Of a stretch of 64,000 nt of DNA, positions 58,198-64,000 are shown one piece after another. Position 1 is the stretch's first letter, and each line of letters starts with the position of its first letter. The notes below the pieces were generated by a model. The model did not search any database. It was not told the DNA's origin and saw only the letters and a program-made list of their open reading frames with translations. Both the position numbers and the translations under genes were made by a program. Source of the DNA: the human T2T-CHM13v2.0 reference genome, Homo sapiens; assembly GCF_009914755.1 (NCBI RefSeq), contig NC_060927.1; one strand, 5' to 3'.

Positions 58198-58522
58198 GGC
58201 CAGGTGCAGTGGCTCATGCCTGTAATCCCAGCACTTTGGAAGGCCAAGGCAGGAGGATTGCTTGATCCCAGGAGTTCAAGACCAGCTGGGGCAACATAGG
58301 GAGACCATGTATCTACAAAAAAAAAAATGTTTAAAAGTTAGCTGGGTGCAGTGACACATGCCTGTAGTTGCAGCTACTGAGGGCTGAGAAGGAAGGATTG
58401 GTTGAGCCCAGGAAGTCATGGCTGCAGTGAGCTGTGATTGTGCCACTCTACTCCAACCTGGGCAACAGAGTAAGACCCTGCCTCAAAAAATAAAATAAAG
58501 TAAAATAAAATAAAATAAAATA
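58198..58522 (+). mobile_element. Alu (J-like) with (TAAAA)n tail
   Basis: Full-length Alu. Confidence 0.93.
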
Positions 58523-58524
58523 AG

Positions 58525-58900
58525 TCAAAATCGAGGTATCAGTGGGGGCTGCAGTTCTCCCCTGGCACTCAGGGTCCTCTTAGGAGCTTCTTGCTTACTT
58601 GCAGAACTCATTTCCCTCTCATGCTTTTTATGTGACTGGCTCCACCTTCAGACCCGCAATGGCAGGGAGAGCTCTCATGCTTCCCGTCTCTCTGACTTCA
58701 TGTTCTGCCACATATCCCTGACACCAGCTTGAGAAAGTTCTCTGCTTTTAAGGGCTTATATGATTAAATTCGGCCAACCTGCATAACCCAAGATATTCCT
58801 TCCATCTTAGGTCTGTAGCCATTTACCATGCAGCATAATATGCTCATAGGCCTCAAGGATTAAGATGTGGACATCTTTCAGGAGCATTCTTCCTACCAGA
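58525..58900. mobile_element. MaLR LTR (MLT1-like) fragment
   Basis: gagaaagttctctgcttttaagggctt.t.tgatta..ataacccaaga..aaggattaagatgtggacatcttt. Confidence 0.65.
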
Positions 58901-58926
58901 GAAACCTACAGGTAAAATGGCATGGA

Positions 58927-58931
<5 letters not shown>

Positions 58932-58960
<29 letters not shown>
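58932..58960. repeat. (GA)n microsatellite
   Basis: Directly visible. Confidence 0.9.
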
Positions 58961-58967
<7 letters not shown>

Positions 58968-59105
58968 GGGTCAGTTTTAATTAGGAATGTGAAAGAGCTA
59001 GTCAATTAGAACTATGAGAGGTAGAACAATTTTAGCTGGGCTTCGAGTTACAGATCAAATTTTGGTTGGTGGAGATGAAGTTGGGGGATGCATTTCAGAT
59101 GAAGG

Positions 59106-59232
59106 TGTTTAGAGAAATGATGAGAAGTCAAACTTGGGGTAGGAAGGAGGACAAAGTAGGTTGGAGTCAAGGAGTAGAAGACCTTAAATTATGGGTCAAT
59201 AGTTTACTCGTACTAAACATATAAACTATACC
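59106..59232 (+). repeat. ~127-bp direct repeat, copy 1 (partner 60420-60547)
   Basis: gaaatgatgagaagtcaaacttggggtaggaaggag...ctcgtactaaacatataaactatacc occurs twice. Confidence 0.95.
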
Positions 59233-59479
59233 TTAAGTAAAAATAAGTCTTAAAATTAAATATTAAACAGAAACATCCTTAATTGCTACCAGTGAATTCT
59301 GAGAAAAGTCAGTTTGCAATAGTTGGATACATTTAGCAGCAGGAAGGATAATGTTACTGGTATGATGTGGGTTGTGGGAAAGGTCTGAGAATTGATGAAT
59401 CCAACTACCGAAGTGGTTCCTTTTACCAACTCCTATGTAAGGACTTCTGATTAAGATTTGATATTTTCTATGAGGTGAT

Positions 59480-60581
59480 GCCTCAGATTTTACACTATTG
59501 TAAAAGCCTGTTTCCACCATAAATGCGGAAATGTGTTGCAGGTTATCTATTTCTTCTTTCATTCCTGAAAACCTGAAAATAATCAATTGTATTATGACTT
59601 GAAAGTCTAGAGATGAAAAAAAAATACAAAAGATATAATAGAAGGAAAATTCCTGTTTACAGTAGCAGCCGAAAAGATAAAAGGAAATGAACTTATGAAA
59701 CATGCAAGATTTAGATGAAGAACACTTCAAAATGCTGTCAACAGACTAAAAAAAGAATCAAATTAATGGAAATATGTACTATTATGTTCTTAGATCAAGA
59801 AGACTAAATAGAAAGACATCAATTTTCCTATGTTAATTCAAAATTTAATATGTTATTATGTCAATAAAATATTGTTTTCTTTCATTTTTACTGGAAAAAC
59901 TACATAAAAATTTGTATGAAAAAATAAATGAGAATATTCAAAAATAAAAATTCTAAAAAAGGAAAGCTGATAGATGGGACTAGCCCCATCAGATAGCAAA
60001 TTACACCTAAGTGTTTCAATAGCTTAAACACTATAGTAGCAGTTCAAGACTAGACAGGGAATCCAATGGAACAGGACAGTGCAGAAATAGACCAAAACAC
60101 ATGCCATATTATAAAGAAGCCATCTTAGGTCAATGGAAAAAAATATGAATTAGTCACTAAATGGTACTGGGACAACTGGCTAGCTATCTAGAAAAAAAAC
60201 TGTATCTATAGAATACAGAATTCCAATCTACAGAATAAACTCCAAGTGGATCAAAAATATCAATGTAAAAAGTGAAATCATAAAAACATTAGAAGAATAA
60301 ATAAGAATATTCCTTTATGATCTTAGAAGCTCAGAAGCCATAAAACCAAAGGTATATATAATGATTTTAACAATTTTTTCATGGCTAAAAGCAACATAAG
60401 CTAAGTCAAAATATGGAGTTGTTTAGAGGAAATGATGAGAAGTCAAACTTGGGGTAGGAAGGAGCACAAAATAGGTTGGAATCAAGGAGTAGAAGACCTT
60501 AAATTATGGGTCAACAGTTCACTCGTACTAAACATATAAACTATACCAAACTATAAACTACACCAAAGCAATATTTGAAAT

Positions 60582-60615
<34 letters not shown>

Positions 60616-60850
60616 AACACTTTAAATGTCATTTGTAGGGACCAGTTAGTTGATAAACCATGTTTGATTCATATAATGGAATGCTATGCTGCTATCAAAA
60701 AAAAAATGAGAGTTTCGTATGTATTGACATAGGAAGAACTCCTAGATATGTTATGGAGTGAAAACAGCAAAGTGTAAAATATTGTCTTAGTATGCCACCT
60801 TGTGTATAAAAAGGAGGACATTAAGAATACATATTTATAGTTGCTTGTAT
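59480..60850 (+). mobile_element. Old L1M ORF2/3' fragments
   Basis: atggaacagga..cagaaatagacc; aaatggtactgggacaactggctagctat; ataaactccaagtggatcaaa; atggaatgctatgctgcta. Confidence 0.75.
60420..60547 (+). repeat. ~128-bp direct repeat, copy 2, embedded in L1
   Basis: Matches 59106-59232 with about 6 differences. Confidence 0.95.
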
Positions 60851-60851
60851 A

Positions 60852-61285
60852 TGTCACGTGCGTCTGTGTGAAGAGACCATCAAACAGGCTTTCTGTGAGC
60901 AATAAAGCTTTCTAATCACCTGGGTGCAGGCGGGCTGAGTCTGAAAAGAGAGTCAGCAAAGGGAGATAGGGTTGGGGCCATTTTATAGGATTTGGGTGGG
61001 TAATGGAAAATTACAGTCAAAGAAGGTTTTTCTCTTTCAGGCAGGGGCGAGGGTCACAAGGTGATCAGTGGGGGAGCTTCTGAGCCAGAAGAAGGAATTT
61101 CACAAGAATAATCGCTCAGTTAAGTTGGGGCAAAAATAAATCACAATGGTGGAATGTCATGAGATAAGGCAGGAACTGGCAATTTTCACTTCTTTTATGA
61201 TTCTTCACTTGCTTCAGGCCATCTGGATGTATATGTGCAGGTCACAGGGGATACGATGGCTGAGCTTGGGCTCAGAGGCCTGACA
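60852..61285 (-). mobile_element. HERV-H 3' LTR (LTR7 family), 434 bp
   Basis: Minus strand starts TGTCAGGCCTCTGAGCCCAAGCT and ends ..CTCTTCACACAGACGCACGTGACA; polypurine tract AAGAAGACAGGAA immediately upstream (61286-61298). Confidence 0.95.
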
Positions 61286-64000
61286 TTCCTGTCTTCTTAT
61301 ATTAATAAGAAAAATAACATAAAATAGTATTGAAGTGTTGGGGCAGTGAAAATTTTTGGGGGGTGGTATAGAGAGAGAAAGGGTGATGTTTCTCAGGGTT
61401 GCTTCAAGCGGGATTAGGGGCGACATGGGAACCTAGAGTGGGAGAGATTAAGCTGAAGGAAGATTTTGTGGTAAGGGGTGATATTGTGGGGTTATTAGAA
61501 GGAGCATTTGTCATTTAGAATGATTGGTGATGGCCTGGATACAGTTTTGGATGAATTGAGAGACTAAATGAAAGACACAAGGTCTGAATAAGAGAAGGAG
61601 AAAAACAGGTATTAAAGGACTAAGAATTGAGAGGACCCAGGACACCCAATTAGAGAGTGCCCAAGGGGGTTCAGTGTAATTACTTGCTTGGTTGGCAAGT
61701 TTTTGGGCTCTATCCTTGAGTTTTTTTTATGTTGTCATATACCAGGCCAGACTGATTTAGGTAAAACAACACTTTTCATTTAAAAATCTACAGAGTCCCC
61801 TTTTTTTAGCAGTGAGTAAGTTGAGGCTTTGGCGATTTTGGAGGAAAGAGAAATGCAAAGCCAGCAATTGTTTTTTAAAGAAGGATTAGAAACAGCTAGG
61901 AGACAGTGAGTGAGATTGATAGTGTGGTGGAGACAGCTGGGGAGAGGTAGAGGGTGGCATAAGAATGGGAATGAGAATAAGAGTGAGTATAAAAGTAAAG
62001 AATAGGACTTCATTGGATGAAAGTATTGGAGTGTACCCTGTCAGCAAAGATCATCTATCCACTTTAAGAGTGGCAGTTTAGGAATAGCACCAGGCGATAT
62101 TAGCTGTGATGGCTTGGAGAAACAGTGTAAACAGGCAGTGTAAACAAGAGCAGGACATTTATGAGTAGTTGAGAACAGTGAATAGGAGTATGACTAGACA
62201 GAAGACAGTAGGGATGACAAGTTTTTGGGGTGCAGTCCAAGTTGGGCTGGTGTCTGGAATGAGACTGGGGCCTAAAAAAGAGGAGTGTCCATACAGGAGC
62301 TCAAATGCGCTGTACCCTCGTAGCATCCTGAGGGCAGACCCAAGTTCTGAGAAGGGCAAGTGGTAAAAGTATTGTCCAGTCCTTTCTAAGTTGGAAACTG
62401 AACTTGGTGAGGTGTGTTTTTAAAAGACCATTAGTCCATTTTACCTTTCCTGAAGACTGAGGACCGTAAGGGGTCTGAAGGTTCCACTGAATACCAAGAG
62501 CCTGAAAAACTGCTTGGGTGATTTGACTAGTAAAGGCCTGTCCGTTATTGGACTGTATAGAGGTGGGAAGGCCAAACTGAGGAATTATTTCTGACAGAAG
62601 GGAAGAAATGACCGTGGTGGCCTTCTCAGACCCTGTGGGAAAGGCCTCTACCCATCCAGTGAAAGTTTCTACCCAGACCAAGAGGCATTTTAGTTTCCTG
62701 ACTCAGGGCATGTGAGTAAAATTAATTTGCCAGTCCTAGGCAGGGGCAAATCCCTGAGCTTGATGTATAGGGAAGGGAGGGGGCCTGAACAATCCCCGAG
62801 GAGGAGTAGAATAGCAGATGGAACACTGAGAAGTGATTTCCTTGAGGATAGATTTCCACGATGGAAAGGAAATGAGAGGTTCTAAGAGATGGGCTAGTGG
62901 CTTGTAACCTACATGGAAGAGGCTATGAAATGACAACAGAATAGAATGGGCCTGTGAGGCTGGAAGGAGATATTTTCCTTGGTCTAAGAACTATTTGCCT
63001 TGTATGGGAAGAGATTGATAGGTGGAAGTTTCAGTGGGGGAGTAGGTGGGAGTGACTGATGAGAAGGAGAAAAACTGGTCGTGAGGGACAGAAGTTGGAA
63101 AGCTAGCTGCTTCTTTAGCTACCTTATCAGCATAAGTATTGCCCTGAGCAATGGGATCTGATGCCTTTTGATGGCTCTTCCAGTGAATGACTCCAACTTC
63201 CTTTGGAAGTAAAGCAGCCTTGAGAAGAGTTTTTATTAAAGAGGCATTGATGATGGAGGACCCTTGCATAGTGAGGAAACCTCTTTCTGCCTATATAACA
63301 GCATGGTGGTGCAGGATATGGAAGGCATATTTAGGGTCAGTATAAATATTGATGTGTAGTCCTTTTGCAAGAGTGAGGGCTCAAGTTAAGGCAATGAGTT
63401 CGGCTTGTTGAGAGGTAGTGGAGGGGTCAGAAAGTATATGTGTCAGATGTGAGGAAGAAAATAGATTTTGGAAGTTATGAGAACTGTAGAGAGTGAGTTG
63501 AGCATAGTTTGTGATTTTGAGGGCCTCTAAAAGTATTAGGGCAGTGGCAGCCACCGCGCGGAGACATGATGGCCAGCCTAAAACAGTAAGGTCAAATTGT
63601 TTGAACAAAAAGGCTACAGGGTGTGGTCCGGCTCTTGTGTAAGAATTTTGACCACACAGCCCTGCACTTCAGCTGTGTGTAATGAAAAAGGGTTGGAATG
63701 AGTTAGGGAGAGCTAGTGTGGGAGTAGTCTCTAAAGCTGTCTTCAAGGAACAGAAAGAGGAGTGGGGAAAGGATTTAGGATCTACGGGGTCAGCTAGGTT
63801 TCCTTTTGTGGGTTTTTATAACGTTTTTGTTAGGATGGCAAAACCAGGTATCTAAAGGCAAAAGCACCCAACCATGCCCAGGAAGGAAAGGAGTTGTTGT
63901 TTTGTAGAAGGGGTTGGGGTTTCAGAGATCAGTCGGACATGATTGGCAGGAAGAGCACGTGTGTTTTTGTGAAGAATTATGCCGAGATAGGTAATGGATT
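61286..64000 (-). mobile_element. HERV-H internal region (env remnant and pol), continues beyond the window
   Basis: Minus-strand retroviral peptides in the ORF track; polypurine tract next to the LTR; HERV-H-like sequence throughout. Confidence 0.93.
62300..64000 (-). pseudogene. Disrupted HERV-H pol (RT connection, RNase H, integrase)
   Basis: Fragments KQFDLTVLGWPSCLRAVAA, STTSQQAELIALT, HQKASDPIAQGN..ADK and TFTGWVEAFP..IIPQFGLP..PQSSGKV, separated by stops and frameshifts. Confidence 0.92.

Noticed and set aside
59263-59730. 155-aa minus-strand ORF
   Set aside because: Mostly antisense to A-rich L1 sequence, Phe/Ile-rich and with no domain.

Overview
Human genomic DNA: the window carries an AluYb8, a human-specific subfamily, and a HERV-H provirus. 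It holds one complete protein-coding gene on the + strand, recognised as KBTBD8 (BTB-BACK-Kelch CUL3 adaptor, chr3p14). Four coding exons (21352-21367, 21977-22187, 26191-27305, 30918-31381) join in frame to 1806 nt, or 601 aa. The gene has a CpG-island promoter and a ~2.8 kb 3' UTR. The rest is intergenic or intronic and dense in repeats: Alus, MIR, L2, old and young L1 pieces, MaLR LTRs, MER/Tigger DNA-transposon fossils, and the 3' LTR plus pol/env remnants of a minus-strand HERV-H running off the window end. I cannot support a new gene or a new biological system here. The most unusual things seen are a Y-RNA-like 3' retro-fragment nested inside an L1 inside an LTR, multi-layer palindromes (one in KBTBD8 intron 2), a run of displaced local duplications between 46 and 61 kb, and a HERV-H integrase whose D,D,E triad reads N,N,K. 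Repeat family names come from recalled consensus sequences and boundaries are approximate; no database search was run.
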